This document shows, piece by piece, positions 27,836-38,872 of a DNA stretch of 64,000 nt. How positions within the stretch are numbered: the first letter of the stretch is position 1; each line of letters begins with the position of its first letter. A program made the position numbers and the translations under genes. The notes under the pieces are model-generated. The model saw only the letters and a list, made by a program, of their open reading frames with translations. It ran no database searches and was not told the DNA's origin. This DNA comes from Thermoanaerobaculia bacterium (GTDB lineage Bacteria; Acidobacteriota; Thermoanaerobaculia; Gp7-AA8): the NCBI GenBank assembly GCA_035276475.1, contig DATELQ010000004.1, positions 12,154 through 76,153 of the forward strand, in the 5' to 3' direction.

Positions 27836-29107
27836 TTATTCGCGAACGAGCTCAACGCGGCGGTTCGCGGCGCGGCCGAGCTGCGTGTCATTCGACGCCA
27901 CCGGACGCGTCGCGCCGAAGCCCGCCGCCGTCAGCCGCGCCGCGTCGGTGCCGGCGCCGACGAGATACGCCTTCACGCTGTTCGCGCGCGCGACCGAGAG
28001 CTGCTGGTTGTGCTCCGCCGTGGCGGTCGAGTCGGTGTGGCCCTCGATCGTCAGCTTCCAGTCGGGGTGCTGCTTGAGCACCGACGCGACCAGGTCGAGC
28101 GTCGGCTTCGACTCGTCGCGCAGCTTGTCGGAGTCGGAATCGAAGTTGATTCCGTAGAGGCGCAGGCGCTTCTCCTTCTCGAGCGCCGTGGCCATCGTCT
28201 TCGCCGGATCGCTCGGGCAGTCGCCCGGCTTGTCCGAGACCTTCTTCCCCTCCCACGGCGTCATGCTCGGCTGGCTCTCGACGCCGTTGGTCTTCCAGTA
28301 GCCGCCGAAGATCGACTTACCGTCCGGCGAGAAGACGAGGATGGCCGGCCCCTTCTCGTCTTCGGTGTCGATATTGATCTTCACGACGTGCCCTTCGACG
28401 CCGCCGGTGAACGGCGAGGGGGGATCGCCGAGGCAGCCGCTGACGCTGTTGCCGTCGTGCTTGAGGTGCAGCGTGCGCCAGTTCGACGTCTCGTAGTCGC
28501 CGCTGACGTTCGGCATCGGCGTCAACTCGAGCTTCTTCCCGTAGGCGCGGAACTCGCCGATCTCCGTGAGCTGGCCGCCGTAGTTCTCAGTGACGGTGAC
28601 GCGCACGAAGCGGCCCGCGACGTTGCCGTCTGCCGGGAAGACCTGGCCGTCCTTCTGCGTCGCGAGCGAGACGTTTGCGACCGGCTTGAAGCCGTCCGTG
28701 GCCGACGTGTCGGACATCTCGACGAGGATGCGCTTCGGCGTATGCGTGTCGAGGCCGGCGGTGCCGGTGTCGAACTGCACGCGGTCGATGCTGACGCGCT
28801 GCGGCAGGGCGATGACGATTGGATGCCCCGTCGGCTGCCCCTCGGCGCTGGAGAACGTCGCTTTCGCGTCGCCGTCGAGAATGCGGAACGCGCCGGTGCC
28901 GTAGTCGATCGACTGCGGCGCGACGACGACGAAGGCGCCCTGTTCGAGGCCGACGAGGTCGTCGGCATCGGGCGCGGGAAGGGATGCGGTGGTGGCCGTC
29001 GACGCGGTGGTCGGGGCGGTTGTCGACGACGCCGCCGGCGCGGCGGTTTCGTGTTTCCGGCAGGAGAGAGCGAAGATGAGAGCGATGACAACCCAGAATT
29101 TTTTCAT
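27836..29107 (-). CDS. OmpA-family lipoprotein with N-terminal discoidin/F5-8-type-C-like domain
   Basis: Lipobox 'IFALSC'; C-terminal '[23 protein letters not shown]' OmpA_C; start MKKFWVV chosen inside ORF. Confidence 0.8.
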   Translation of the reverse strand: MKKFWVVIALIFALSCRKHETAAPAASSTTAPTTASTATTASLPAPDADDLVGLEQGAFVVVAPQSIDYGTGAFRILDGDAKATFSSAEGQPTGHPIVIALPQRVSIDRVQFDTGTAGLDTHTPKRILVEMSDTSATDGFKPVANVSLATQKDGQVFPADGNVAGRFVRVTVTENYGGQLTEIGEFRAYGKKLELTPMPNVSGDYETSNWRTLHLKHDGNSVSGCLGDPPSPFTGGVEGHVVKINIDTEDEKGPAILVFSPDGKSIFGGYWKTNGVESQPSMTPWEGKKVSDKPGDCPSDPAKTMATALEKEKRLRLYGINFDSDSDKLRDESKPTLDLVASVLKQHPDWKLTIEGHTDSTATAEHNQQLSVARANSVKAYLVGAGTDAARLTAAGFGATRPVASNDTQLGRAANRRVELVRE

Positions 29108-29123
29108 CGCGCGCATTCTAGTC

Positions 29124-30257
29124 ATGACCACGCTCGTTGCCGCGCCCGCGCTGGCGCAGGACCTCGCGCCGCTCGCCGCCGCGATCGGCAACGCCCGCGT
29201 GGTGCAGCTCGGCGAGGCCTCGCACGGCGACGGCGCGACGTTCCTGGCCAAGGCGCGCATCATCCGTTACCTGCACGACACCATGGGCTTCGACGCCGTG
29301 GCGTGGGAGTCGGGCTTCGTCGACGTCCGGCTCATGGCTACAGCCTTGCGCGCCGGCGCCCCCGCGCGCGAGGTGGCGGAGCGCGGGCTCTACGCGACGT
29401 GGCAGGTCGCCGAGGTCGTGCCGACGCTCGAGCTCATCCGGAATGGCCAGATGGAGCTCGTCGGCTTCGACTGCCGCGTGGCCCGGCCGCAGGTGCGCGC
29501 GGAGGCGTACCCGAAGCTGATCTTCGACTTCTTCGACGCGCTCGACCCGGCGCTGCTCTCGAAGAAGGAGCGCGACGACTTCGTGACGATGTCGAAGGGC
29601 CTCGTCCCCGCCGACTACTACGGGAAGCCGGGCCTGCGCGACTTCAACCGCGCCCTGCCGGCGCGCCTCATCGACACGATCGACAAGCGCCGCGCGGAGC
29701 TCTTGGCGCACTTTGCGCCGCGCGAGATCGACTACGTCCGCCAGTCGCTCGTCAGTTTCCTGAACATGGATCGCGCCCTGGGGCCCGGCGACAAGCCGCC
29801 GTTCTCCGCCGGCTACACGCGCGACGCGGCCATGGCCGAGAACCTCCTCTGGTGGCTCAACGGCCCGCTGCGCGACCGCAAGGTCATCGTCTGGGCGCAC
29901 AACTATCACGTCATGAACGACAGCGTCGCGGAAATGGCGAAGGCGAAGCCGATGGGGTGGTTCCTGAAGCAGCAGCTCGGCGCGCAGCTGTACACCATCG
30001 GCTTCACCTCGCACGGCGGGACGTTCCGCGGCGACGGCGAGACGCCGCCGAAGATCGTTCCGGGCGATCTGGAGACGCGACTGCACGGCGAGGGGAAGCC
30101 GGAGATGTTCGTCGACCTCGCGCACCTCCCGGCCGATCACCCGCTGCGCCGGCCGCTGTCGGCGAGCTTCTACTTCCATGAGCCGCAGACGGCGGCGTGG
30201 CCGCGGATTTACGACGGCGTGTACTTCCTCGACGTCGAGGCGGCGACGACGCCTTAG
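29124..30257 (+). CDS. erythromycin esterase (Ere/ChaN-like) family protein, secreted
   Basis: Signal peptide [11 protein letters not shown]; '[15 protein letters not shown]' family motif; alternative upstream ATG at 29076 overlaps divergent gene. Confidence 0.75.
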   Translation: MTTLVAAPALAQDLAPLAAAIGNARVVQLGEASHGDGATFLAKARIIRYLHDTMGFDAVAWESGFVDVRLMATALRAGAPAREVAERGLYATWQVAEVVPTLELIRNGQMELVGFDCRVARPQVRAEAYPKLIFDFFDALDPALLSKKERDDFVTMSKGLVPADYYGKPGLRDFNRALPARLIDTIDKRRAELLAHFAPREIDYVRQSLVSFLNMDRALGPGDKPPFSAGYTRDAAMAENLLWWLNGPLRDRKVIVWAHNYHVMNDSVAEMAKAKPMGWFLKQQLGAQLYTIGFTSHGGTFRGDGETPPKIVPGDLETRLHGEGKPEMFVDLAHLPADHPLRRPLSASFYFHEPQTAAWPRIYDGVYFLDVEAATTP

Positions 30258-31660
30258 TACGCGTTCTCGTGCCGCAGCCCGTGCAGCACGGTCATGAAGC
30301 AGATCTTCAGGTCGAGCAGGAGCGACCAGTTCTCGATGTAGTAGAGGTCGTGCTCGATGCGCACGCGGATCGAGGTATTGCCGCGCCAGCCGTGCACCTG
30401 CGCCCACCCCGTCATCCCGGCGCGCACTTTGTGGCGCAGCATGTAGTGCGGCAGCTCGGCGCGGAACTGCTCGACGAACTGCGGGCGCTCGGGGCGGGGG
30501 CCGACGACGCTCATGTCGCCGCGGAGGACGTTCCAGAGCTGCGGCAGCTCGTCGAACGACCAGGCCCGGATCAGGCGCCCGACGCGGGTGCGGCGGGGGT
30601 CGTCGCGCTCGGCCCACTTCGCGCCGGTGTCCTTCTCCGCGCCGACGCGCATGGAGCGGAACTTGAGGATCTCGAACGGCTTCCCGTCGAGGCCCATGCG
30701 CACCTGCCGGTAGAAGATCGGGCCGCGGTCTTCGAGCCAGATCGCCAGAGCGATCAAGAGCATGAGCGGCGAGAAGAAGAGCGCCGCGGCGCCGGCCACG
30801 ACGAGGTCGAAGCCGCGCTTGACGAAGCGGCTCCACCCTTCCAGCGGCGTCTCGGAGAGATTGATCGTCGGCAGCCCGTCGATGTCCTCGACGCGCGAGC
30901 GCAGCACCATGAACTGCAGAAGATCGGGGACGACGTGGATCGACACGACGCTCCGCACGAGCCGGTCGAGGAGGGCCATCATCGCCTTCGACGACGCGTG
31001 CGGCAGGGCGACGAAGACGTGGTCGACATTCTCCGCCTCGATCACGCGCTCGGCGTCGTCGATCGTGCCGAGGCAGGGAAGGTCGGCGAGCGCGGAGTCG
31101 TCGCCGTTGCGCAAGTAGCCGACGATGTGGAACCCGAGCTCCCCGTGCGCCTCGATCCGCTCCACCACCGCGCGGGCCAGCTCGCCGTTGCCGGCGATGA
31201 GCACGCGGTCCACGTCGCGGCCGTCGCGGTGCCGGCGCTCCACGAAGGCGCGCACGAAGATGCGCCCGAGGATGACGAAGACGATCGCGCAGAGCATGAA
31301 GATCAAGAGCGTCGCGCGCGAGTAGAGAACGTCCGGGTTGCCGGGGCGGACCCACAGCAGCACGCCGGAGAGCACCACCGTGCCGACGACCGAGCCGATG
31401 GCCACGGAGAGCCACTCCTCCGTCTTCGAGCGCGCCGGGCGGATCCGATAGAGCCCCTGCACGGCGAAAGCGAGGGGGAAGACGATTGTCACGATCGGCA
31501 GGAGCTGCGCGTACGTCGTCAGGCCCTGCGGCCCCTTCGTCAGCGGGATCAGCTCGAAGCGGAAGCGGAGGAACCACGCCGCGAGCATGGCGAGGTTCGA
31601 CGCCACCGCATCGTTGATGAGGTAGATCGACGCCAGGGCCCGATGTTTTTTCTCGATCAA
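30254..31660 (-). CDS. undecaprenyl-phosphate hexose-1-phosphate transferase (WbaP/bacterial sugar transferase family)
   Basis: C-terminal 'RPLSGPRPE...' equivalent 'VVGPRPERP','[16 protein letters not shown]' motifs; TTG start overlapping GT4 stop (TTGA). Confidence 0.8.
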   Translation of the reverse strand: MIEKKHRALASIYLINDAVASNLAMLAAWFLRFRFELIPLTKGPQGLTTYAQLLPIVTIVFPLAFAVQGLYRIRPARSKTEEWLSVAIGSVVGTVVLSGVLLWVRPGNPDVLYSRATLLIFMLCAIVFVILGRIFVRAFVERRHRDGRDVDRVLIAGNGELARAVVERIEAHGELGFHIVGYLRNGDDSALADLPCLGTIDDAERVIEAENVDHVFVALPHASSKAMMALLDRLVRSVVSIHVVPDLLQFMVLRSRVEDIDGLPTINLSETPLEGWSRFVKRGFDLVVAGAAALFFSPLMLLIALAIWLEDRGPIFYRQVRMGLDGKPFEILKFRSMRVGAEKDTGAKWAERDDPRRTRVGRLIRAWSFDELPQLWNVLRGDMSVVGPRPERPQFVEQFRAELPHYMLRHKVRAGMTGWAQVHGWRGNTSIRVRIEHDLYYIENWSLLLDLKICFMTVLHGLRHENAY

Positions 31661-32718
31661 TCGACGACCTGCCGGAACTCGTCTTCGAACCGCTGCCGCG
31701 TGAATCGCCGCGCGTGCGCGCGGATGGCCGCGCGGTCCCACGGATGCGACGCCGCTTCGTCCAGTGCCCGGCGCAGCGAGTCTACCTCCGGCGCGTCGAA
31801 GAAAATTCCGGTCACGCCCGGCACGACGGAGTCGAGCACGCCGCCGGATCCGAGGGCGACGACCGGCGTGCCGGCCGCCATCGCCTCGAGCGGCGTGATC
31901 CCGAAGTCCTCGATGCCGGGAAGGATCAGGCTGCGCGCGCGGGAGACCTGCTCGATCACCGTCTCCCTCGATACGTGGCCGAGAAAGCGGACGTTGGGGG
32001 CGGCGCGGGCGCGCAGCGTCTCCAGCATCGGCCCGTCGCCGATCACGACCAGGTTCCGGCCGGCGGCGATGGCCAGGTCGACGCGCTTGTACGGCACGAG
32101 CGCGGAGACGACGACGTCGTAGTCGCCGCGCTCCTCCACGAGCGGCGCGGCCAGGAAGTCGTCGTTGACGAAGGGGTGAATGACGATGGCGTCGCGGTCG
32201 TAGTACTGGCGGATGCGGTCGCGGACGAAGGCCGAGTTGGCGACGAAGCGGGTCACGCCGCCGGCAGTCTTGACGTCCCACTTCCGCAGACGCCGCGCCA
32301 CGACGGAGACGGCCAGCCGCCGCAGCGGCTTGGAGCGCGGGAAGTAGTCGTCGAAGCGGTCCCAGATGTAGCGCATCGGCGTGTGGCAGTAGCAGATGTG
32401 CGTCTTCCCTTTCGCGTCGACGCCCTTGGCCACGCAGTGGCTCGACGAGATGACGAGGTCGAAGCCGGAGAGGTCGAACTCACGGATGGCCCGCGGGAAC
32501 AGCGGCAGGAGCGTGCGGTAGTCGGACGCGCCCGAGGCCAGCCGCTGCAGCGACGAGGTGTGGATCGTGCGCGATTCGATGGCCGGCGACGTCGTGCCGG
32601 GAAAGTGGAAGAGGGTGAAGAGCTCCGCGTCAGGGTAGAGCTCGAGGATGGCCTCGAGCACCTGCTCCCCGCCGCGCATGCCGGTCAGCCAGTCATGGAC
32701 GACCGCGGTCCGCGTCAT
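31657..32718 (-). CDS. glycosyltransferase family 4
   Basis: 'GIEDFGITPLEAMAAGTPVVA' GT4 EX7E region. Confidence 0.85.
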   Translation of the reverse strand: MTRTAVVHDWLTGMRGGEQVLEAILELYPDAELFTLFHFPGTTSPAIESRTIHTSSLQRLASGASDYRTLLPLFPRAIREFDLSGFDLVISSSHCVAKGVDAKGKTHICYCHTPMRYIWDRFDDYFPRSKPLRRLAVSVVARRLRKWDVKTAGGVTRFVANSAFVRDRIRQYYDRDAIVIHPFVNDDFLAAPLVEERGDYDVVVSALVPYKRVDLAIAAGRNLVVIGDGPMLETLRARAAPNVRFLGHVSRETVIEQVSRARSLILPGIEDFGITPLEAMAAGTPVVALGSGGVLDSVVPGVTGIFFDAPEVDSLRRALDEAASHPWDRAAIRAHARRFTRQRFEDEFRQVVD

Positions 32719-32872
32719 CGCGTTGCTGTTCCTTCTTCTCCCCGCACTCGTTGCAGACGTGATCGTTGCGGAAGTAGTCGTCGGCCGGCACTTCCTTCAG
32801 GCACTCGATGCAGTAGTGCTTTCCGGTGCGTTCCTTGAGAGGGACGCGGGGGCGGCGGCCGTTTTTCACGGC
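32693..32872 (-). CDS. putative small zinc-ribbon protein (CxxC...CxxC)
   Basis: 'KHYCIECLKEV...HVCNECGEKKE'; GTG start 10 nt after DUF1501 stop; 3' end overlaps GT4 start by 26 nt. Confidence 0.35.
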   Translation of the reverse strand, partial: AVKNGRRPRVPLKERTGKHYCIECLKEVPADDYFRNDHVCNECGEKKEQQRDDADRGRP

Positions 32873-32882
32873 CGCCACTCTA

Positions 32883-34268
32883 CTAGAACAACTCGTTGAT
32901 CGGCCCGTACGTCCCGTCCTTCGCGAACGGCACGTACTCGAACCCGCGGTTGAGCGGATCGTCGTGGCGGACGGTGGTGTAATCGATGCCAATGGACGAG
33001 TAAATCGTCGACGCCACATCCTCGGGGCGCACATCGCGGTTCGCGGCCCACCCGAACTCGACGGCGGCCGAGCCTTTGTCGTCCGTCGCGCCGATGACGC
33101 GGCTCCCCTTCACGCCGCCGCCGGCGAAGACGACGGACATGCGGAGGAAGTGGTCGCGCCCGGCCTGGGCGTTGAGCGCGCCGACCGTGCGACCGAACTC
33201 GCCGAGGACCACGACCAGCGTGTCGTCGAGGAGCGTGCGGCCGGCCGTCGCGCCGGGCATCCCTGCGAGATCCGCGAGGAGCGCCGCGAACGCGGGATCG
33301 AACGTCTTCATGCTCGTGTAGAGCGACGAGCCGGTCTTCGCGTAGATGTTCGAGTGGTGGTCCCACCCGCCGAGCGTCGTCTGCACGAAGCGCGTGCCGC
33401 GGCGCGCGTTCACCAGATTCCGCGCCACGATGAGCGACGCGCCGAACGCGGTCGCGCCGTAGCGCGAATACTCGTCGACCGTGTAGGCGAAGAGCTTGTT
33501 GACGTCGGGCGTGTCGATGAGCGTCTTGGCCTGGTTGTAAAACGTCCCCATGTCGTCGGCGTTGCGCCCGAGGGCGCCGGACTTGCGGTCGGAATCGATC
33601 GACTGAATCAGATTCCAGCGGTCACTCAAGCGCGACGCGCCGTCCGGATGCGTCAGCGCCGCCAGGCCGTTCGCCGCCGGCGTCACGCCGAACGGCGCGT
33701 ACTGCGCCGGGAGATACCCCGAGCCGGCCATGACCTGGTTGATGGAGACGAAGCCGGGAAGGATGTCGCTCGCCTGCCGCGAGAGCTGCGCTTCGAGCGA
33801 CACGACCGCGCCGATATGCGGCGCGATCGAGCCGGTGGCGCCGCCGGGGTTGCGGGCGATCTGCACCCACTCCTGCGCCAGGTTGTGCACCGCCGCCCAC
33901 GCCAAACCCGAACGGATGATGGAGAGCTTGTCGAGGTGGTTCGCGGTGTTCGGCATCAACCCCTGCGGCCAGCGGATGGCGCCGAACGTCGTCGGGTTGA
34001 AGTCGGCCGGCGTCCACGTCCCTTCCTTCAAGTCCCACGTGTCGACGTGGCTCGGCGCGCCGGAGAGGAAGATGAGGATGCAGTTCTTGGCGGTGTTGTG
34101 CAGCGTCGGGCTGACCGCCGCGGCCGATTCGAGAAGCTTGGCGCTGGCGACGTCGGCGAAGTACGAACCGACGAGCGCCGTGCCGGCGACCTGGAAGAAG
34201 CGGCGGCGGGTGAAGCCGTCGCCCAGGAGCGAGGAGAAGTTGCCTTTGCCTTCACAGCAGCGGTGCAT
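32883..34268 (-). CDS. DUF1501 domain protein (sulfatase-like fold) with Tat signal
   Basis: 'RRRFFQVAGTALVGS' twin-arginine signal; 'GGWDHH' and 'LGEFGRT' DUF1501 motifs; start chosen inside ORF 32883..36065. Confidence 0.85.
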   Translation of the reverse strand: MHRCCEGKGNFSSLLGDGFTRRRFFQVAGTALVGSYFADVASAKLLESAAAVSPTLHNTAKNCILIFLSGAPSHVDTWDLKEGTWTPADFNPTTFGAIRWPQGLMPNTANHLDKLSIIRSGLAWAAVHNLAQEWVQIARNPGGATGSIAPHIGAVVSLEAQLSRQASDILPGFVSINQVMAGSGYLPAQYAPFGVTPAANGLAALTHPDGASRLSDRWNLIQSIDSDRKSGALGRNADDMGTFYNQAKTLIDTPDVNKLFAYTVDEYSRYGATAFGASLIVARNLVNARRGTRFVQTTLGGWDHHSNIYAKTGSSLYTSMKTFDPAFAALLADLAGMPGATAGRTLLDDTLVVVLGEFGRTVGALNAQAGRDHFLRMSVVFAGGGVKGSRVIGATDDKGSAAVEFGWAANRDVRPEDVASTIYSSIGIDYTTVRHDDPLNRGFEYVPFAKDGTYGPINELF

Positions 34269-34276
34269 GGTCGTCC

Positions 34277-36133
34277 TCAGTTGAACAGGAACTCGAGCTT
34301 GTTGAGCAGCGCGAACTGCAGGTCTTCGGTCTTGCGATTGAGATCGCCGCTCTTGAGGTAATTGATGGCCGTGGCGCGCTCGCCCGTGTCGGGATAGCGC
34401 GCGAGCGTGGCGAGGTAGAGGGTGTCGGCGATCGTGCCGGGGTCCTTCGTCGCCGCCAGCGTCTTCGCCACGGTCGACGCCGAATTCGAGGCCCGGACGC
34501 GCGAGACGACGTTGTTGTCGTTCATCAGCGACAGCGCCTGCACGATCGAGCTGTCGCTGGCGCGCGGATCGTCGTCGCGATTCCCTCGCCCGAAGTTGTT
34601 GAGGAGCGTCCGGAACTGGCCGCCTTCCGTCGGATCGGGGAGCTGCATCGCCTTCGTCACCTGCGTCGCGGTCTGCCCCTGCGCGGTGGTGAGATTCATG
34701 GTGATGCCGACGCCCGTCGCCTTCACGACCGCGTCGAGGATCTCCTCCGACATCAGCCGGCGCGGATAGTGGCGCGCGTAGTACGGCGTCCACGTCTCGT
34801 TCCACGTCCCCGCGGTGTAGCGGGAGGAGAGCTGGTAGGCGTTCGACAGCACCATCGTCCGGAGGAGCGCGCGAATGTCGTACTGGCTGCTGACGAACGC
34901 GTTGGCAAGCTGCGTGAGGAGCTGCGGGTGCGTCGGCTGCAGCGTGGCGCCGTTCGCGAGCGTGGCCGGGTCCTGGCGATTGAGGTCGAACGAGTCGGCC
35001 GGCTCGACGATGCCGAGGCCGAAGATCTCTTTCCAGAGGTAGTTCACCGCGGCGCGGGCGAACTGCGGGTGCGCGGTGAGGATGCGACCGTAGGCGACGC
35101 GGCGCGGCTCGCCGGAGCGCGGCGTGTCGCCGCCTAGGAAGAACTCGGGGTCGACGAAGTTCTGGCCGTTGAGCGGCGTGCGCGGCGTCTTGTTGCCCGA
35201 CACCGTGTTCAGCAGGTAGCGGCCGGTCGTGTTGTCGGCGAGCGTCGTCTCCTGCTGCTGCGTGGCGGCGTCCTTGGCACGGGTGATCGTCACCTGCGAG
35301 AAGAAGGCGGCGTTCTTCCAGAAGTCGTAGCGCAGGCGCTTGGCCATCGCGCTGTTGACCTGCTCGAGGTGACCGAGACCGTTGTGGCAGGAGAGGCACT
35401 GCAGCGGCATCCCCAGGAAGCGCTGGCCGGTCGACGCGGACTCGTTGTCGTACGTGTCCTGGATCGGGCCGTTGTTCTGCTCGTCGCGGACGAAGTAGTT
35501 GGTCTCGCCGTTGGTGAAGCTCTTGCCGGCGCCGGCGATGACTTCGCGGACCATCTGGTCGTACGGCTTGCGGCCCTTGATGGAGTCGCGGATGTATTTG
35601 TAGTAGGCGTCGCGGCCGGGATATGACTCCACCGTGGCCGAGGCCACCTGCACGTTCTGCACGAGATCGCCGAACCACATGGTCCAGCGGTCGACGAAGG
35701 CGTCGCTGGCGAGGAGGCGGTCGATGGCCTTGGTGCGCTTGTCGATGCTCGGGTCGGCGAGGAAGGCCTTGACGTCGTCGGGGCTGGGGATCTCGCCGGT
35801 GAGGTCGACGGTGACGCGGCGGAGGAACTCGGTGTCGCTCGACGGGCCGGTCCAGTGGACGCCGTCCTTCGCCATCTTGCCGAAGATCTCGCTGTCGATG
35901 AAGTTCACAGGCGTGAACTGCCACGGATCGCCCTTGGGCGGGAGGGTGGCGCGCCGGCGAGGGGTGGGCGCGGCGGTGGGGGCGGCGAGCTCCGCGTTCG
36001 CGGAGATGCGGTGCCAGACGGCAGCGGGGCTCTTCGCCGCCGCGGCGGCGCGGCTGTACGTGCACTCGGGCTGCTGCGCTTGGGATGCAGCTCCAGCCAG
36101 TACGCCGACCAGGAAGAAAAGGGAGGGACGCAT
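34277..36133 (-). CDS. DUF1549/DUF1553 domain protein (PSCyt-like)
   Basis: Signal peptide; 'CLSCHN' heme-binding-like motif of DUF1549; typical partner of DUF1501 proteins. Confidence 0.85.
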   Translation of the reverse strand: MRPSLFFLVGVLAGAASQAQQPECTYSRAAAAAKSPAAVWHRISANAELAAPTAAPTPRRRATLPPKGDPWQFTPVNFIDSEIFGKMAKDGVHWTGPSSDTEFLRRVTVDLTGEIPSPDDVKAFLADPSIDKRTKAIDRLLASDAFVDRWTMWFGDLVQNVQVASATVESYPGRDAYYKYIRDSIKGRKPYDQMVREVIAGAGKSFTNGETNYFVRDEQNNGPIQDTYDNESASTGQRFLGMPLQCLSCHNGLGHLEQVNSAMAKRLRYDFWKNAAFFSQVTITRAKDAATQQQETTLADNTTGRYLLNTVSGNKTPRTPLNGQNFVDPEFFLGGDTPRSGEPRRVAYGRILTAHPQFARAAVNYLWKEIFGLGIVEPADSFDLNRQDPATLANGATLQPTHPQLLTQLANAFVSSQYDIRALLRTMVLSNAYQLSSRYTAGTWNETWTPYYARHYPRRLMSEEILDAVVKATGVGITMNLTTAQGQTATQVTKAMQLPDPTEGGQFRTLLNNFGRGNRDDDPRASDSSIVQALSLMNDNNVVSRVRASNSASTVAKTLAATKDPGTIADTLYLATLARYPDTGERATAINYLKSGDLNRKTEDLQFALLNKLEFLFN

Positions 36134-36176
36134 CGAGGTGCTCCTACTTGTCGTGTAGGGTTATCTTAAGTCAGAA

Positions 36177-36791
36177 ATGACCCGACGGGAAAAAGCGACA
36201 CGGATTGGCCACATCCTCGACCACCTCTACCCGCAGCCGCCCATCCCCCTGCGGCACAGGGATCCGTTCACGCTGCTGGTAGCGGTGGTGCTCTCCGCGC
36301 AGACGACGGACGTGCAGGTCAACAAGGTCACGCCGGCGCTCTTCGCCCGCGCCCGCACGCCCGCCCGGATGGCCGCGCTGCCCGAGAGCGAGATCCTGTC
36401 GCTCATCCGGAGCTGCGGCTTGGCCCCCGGCAAAGCGCGCAATCTGAAGCGGTTGGCACAGACGCTGGTGCAGGAACATGGTGGCAAGGTCCCGCGCGAC
36501 ATCGAAGCGCTGGAGCGCCTCCCCGGCGTCGGCCACAAGACCGCGAGCGTGGTGATGACGCAGGCGTTCGGCGAGCCCGCCTTCCCGGTCGACACGCACA
36601 TCCATCGCCTGGCGCAGCGGTGGAAATTGTCGAACGGGAAGAACGTCGTGCAGACGGAGACGGACCTGAAAAAGCTCTTCCCACCCGAAGAGTGGGGCAA
36701 GCGGCACCTGCAGCTCATCTATTTCGGGCGGGAGTACTGTCCGGCACGCGGACACGACGAGGAGGAATGTCCGATCTGTTCCTGGGCTTAG
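36177..36791 (+). CDS. nth: endonuclease III
   Basis: HhH-GPD 'LPGVGHKTASVV', catalytic Lys/Asp, C-terminal 4Fe-4S 'CPARGHDEEECPICS'. Confidence 0.9.
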   Translation: MTRREKATRIGHILDHLYPQPPIPLRHRDPFTLLVAVVLSAQTTDVQVNKVTPALFARARTPARMAALPESEILSLIRSCGLAPGKARNLKRLAQTLVQEHGGKVPRDIEALERLPGVGHKTASVVMTQAFGEPAFPVDTHIHRLAQRWKLSNGKNVVQTETDLKKLFPPEEWGKRHLQLIYFGREYCPARGHDEEECPICSWA

Positions 36792-38872
36792 TGATTCGAA
36801 ACGTGAAACGCATCCTCTGTTTACTGCTCATCGCGGTGCCGGCGATTGCTGTCGCCGGCGACGTCGCCGTCCGCCCCGCTCCCGTGTGGGCGCAGCGGGT
36901 CGAGGCATCCGAGGGGCGCGTGCCGCGCGACGAGGTGCGCTGGGGGATTTACGGCCTCCTCACCGATCATCAAGTCAAAGTCACCGACGGCAGCGTCGTC
37001 GAGTACTTCCGGCGCGTGCGCAAAGTCCTCTCCCCCACCGCCGTGCAGAACGCCTCCGAGGTCGCCATCGACTTCGATCCGTCGTTCCAGCGGCTCGTGC
37101 TGCACGAGGTCGTGCTCATCCGCGGCGCCGCGCGCGTCAATCAACTCGACGCCAAGAACATCCGCGTCATCGAGAAAGAGAGCGAAGCCGACCAGGACAT
37201 TTACGATGGCTCGCTGACGGCGCTGCTGTTCTTGAATGATGTGAGACCGGGCGACGTCATCGACTACTCCTACTCCCTCGAAGGCGCGAACCCGCTCCTC
37301 GGCGCCAAGTACGCCGACGAATTCGACTTCTCCTCGCAGTTCCCCGTCCGCCTCATGCGCCACCGCCTCATCGCCCCGGCGTCGCGCGCGTTCCACTGGC
37401 GCACGTCCCTCGGCACCAAGCCGACGATCGAGCGCAGCGGCGACGCGCAGATCGTGACCTGGCAGCGGCAGAACATCGTCGCCGAGGAGGTCGAGGACAA
37501 CACCCCGCAGTGGTACGACCCGTGGGAGACCCTGCAGGTCACCGAGTACGCCACATGGAACGACGTCGCGCGATGGGCCGACGATCTCTTTCAGCCCGAC
37601 GCCGCGTCACGCGCCGCCGTGCACCAGCTCGCGGAGAAAATCCGCCGCGAGCACCGCACGCACGACGCGCAGCTCGCCGCGGCCATCCGCTTCGTCCAGG
37701 ACGACATCCGCTACCTCGGCATCGAGATGGGGCGCAACTCCCACGAGCCGCACCAGCCGGCGGCCACGCTGGCGCAGCGCTACGGCGACTGCAAGGACAA
37801 GGCGTTCCTCCTCTCCCTGCTCCTGCGCGAGCTCGGAACCGAGGCCTATCCGGCGCTCGTCAACACCAAGCTGCGGCGTCGGCTCGACGTCTTTCTACCC
37901 TCGCCGTTCCTCTTCGACCACGTCATCACCCAAGTCATCGACGGTGGCCGCACCTACTGGATCGACGCCACGATCTCGGACCAGGGCGGCACCCTCGCGA
38001 CCATCGACACGCCGAACGACGAGCGCGCGCTCGTCGTCCGCGGCGGCACGGCGGCGCTGACGACGATCGGCGTGCGCGGCGGCGGCACGGTGCGCATCGC
38101 CCGCACCTACACGGCGCGCGACTTCACCTCACCGGCCGTGCTCGACGTCGTGGCGCGCTACGACGGCGGCCGCGCCGACGAGATCCGCGCCAAGCTGGCC
38201 ACGCAGTCGGCGAGCGAGCTGGCCAAGCAGGAGATCAACCGCTACGCCGCCGACGCGCCGAACATCGCCGCGACCGGCGCGCCGCATGTCGAGGACGACC
38301 GCCTCCACAACGTCGTCACCATCCGCGAACGCTACTCGATCCGCGGCCTCTGGCGCGACGGCGCCTGGACGTACGTCCCGCGCGCGATCGAGCAGCACCT
38401 CGACCGGCCGGAGCAGATCGTCCGGACCATGCCGCTCTCGGTCGACTACCCGCTCGACGTCGCCGAGACGATGACGATCCACCTCCCGGCCAGCCTGCGC
38501 GTCTCGGCGGAGAACACGAGCGTGACGACGCCGGCGCTCCGCTACGATCGCCGCGTGGAGGTCGACGGGAAGACGATCGTCGTCCGCGACGCGCTGCGCG
38601 CGACCGCCGACTCCGTGCCGGTCGCGCGCGTCGCCGAGCACGTGGCGCTCCTCAACGACACCGCCCGCGCCCTCGGCGTCACCATCTCCTCCCGCCGCGG
38701 CGCCGTGGGCGGGTGGGAGTGGGGGACTGCCGGGCTCGTCGCGTTCGTCGGCGGCTGCACCTCACTCGCTGTGCGCCGCCGGAAGCGCGCGCGGCAGCGT
38801 CCCCTGTATGTCGAGGAGACGCCGCTCGCTGCCGTCGCTGAACGTGACGGAGAGCGGTACGTTCAGCGCTGA
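36767..38872 (+). CDS. DUF3857 + transglutaminase-like domain protein
   Basis: 'RYGDCKDKAFLLSLLLRELG' transglutaminase core Cys; AGGAGG SD before the ATG at 36767; alternative GTG start at 36803 would give the signal peptide VKRILCLLLIAVPAIAVA. Confidence 0.75.
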   Translation: MSDLFLGLVIRNVKRILCLLLIAVPAIAVAGDVAVRPAPVWAQRVEASEGRVPRDEVRWGIYGLLTDHQVKVTDGSVVEYFRRVRKVLSPTAVQNASEVAIDFDPSFQRLVLHEVVLIRGAARVNQLDAKNIRVIEKESEADQDIYDGSLTALLFLNDVRPGDVIDYSYSLEGANPLLGAKYADEFDFSSQFPVRLMRHRLIAPASRAFHWRTSLGTKPTIERSGDAQIVTWQRQNIVAEEVEDNTPQWYDPWETLQVTEYATWNDVARWADDLFQPDAASRAAVHQLAEKIRREHRTHDAQLAAAIRFVQDDIRYLGIEMGRNSHEPHQPAATLAQRYGDCKDKAFLLSLLLRELGTEAYPALVNTKLRRRLDVFLPSPFLFDHVITQVIDGGRTYWIDATISDQGGTLATIDTPNDERALVVRGGTAALTTIGVRGGGTVRIARTYTARDFTSPAVLDVVARYDGGRADEIRAKLATQSASELAKQEINRYAADAPNIAATGAPHVEDDRLHNVVTIRERYSIRGLWRDGAWTYVPRAIEQHLDRPEQIVRTMPLSVDYPLDVAETMTIHLPASLRVSAENTSVTTPALRYDRRVEVDGKTIVVRDALRATADSVPVARVAEHVALLNDTARALGVTISSRRGAVGGWEWGTAGLVAFVGGCTSLAVRRRKRARQRPLYVEETPLAAVAERDGERYVQR

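Noticed and set aside
32826-34361. 511-aa plus-strand ORF
   Set aside because: Antisense to the DUF1501 gene. The minus frame has Tat signal and DUF1501 motifs.
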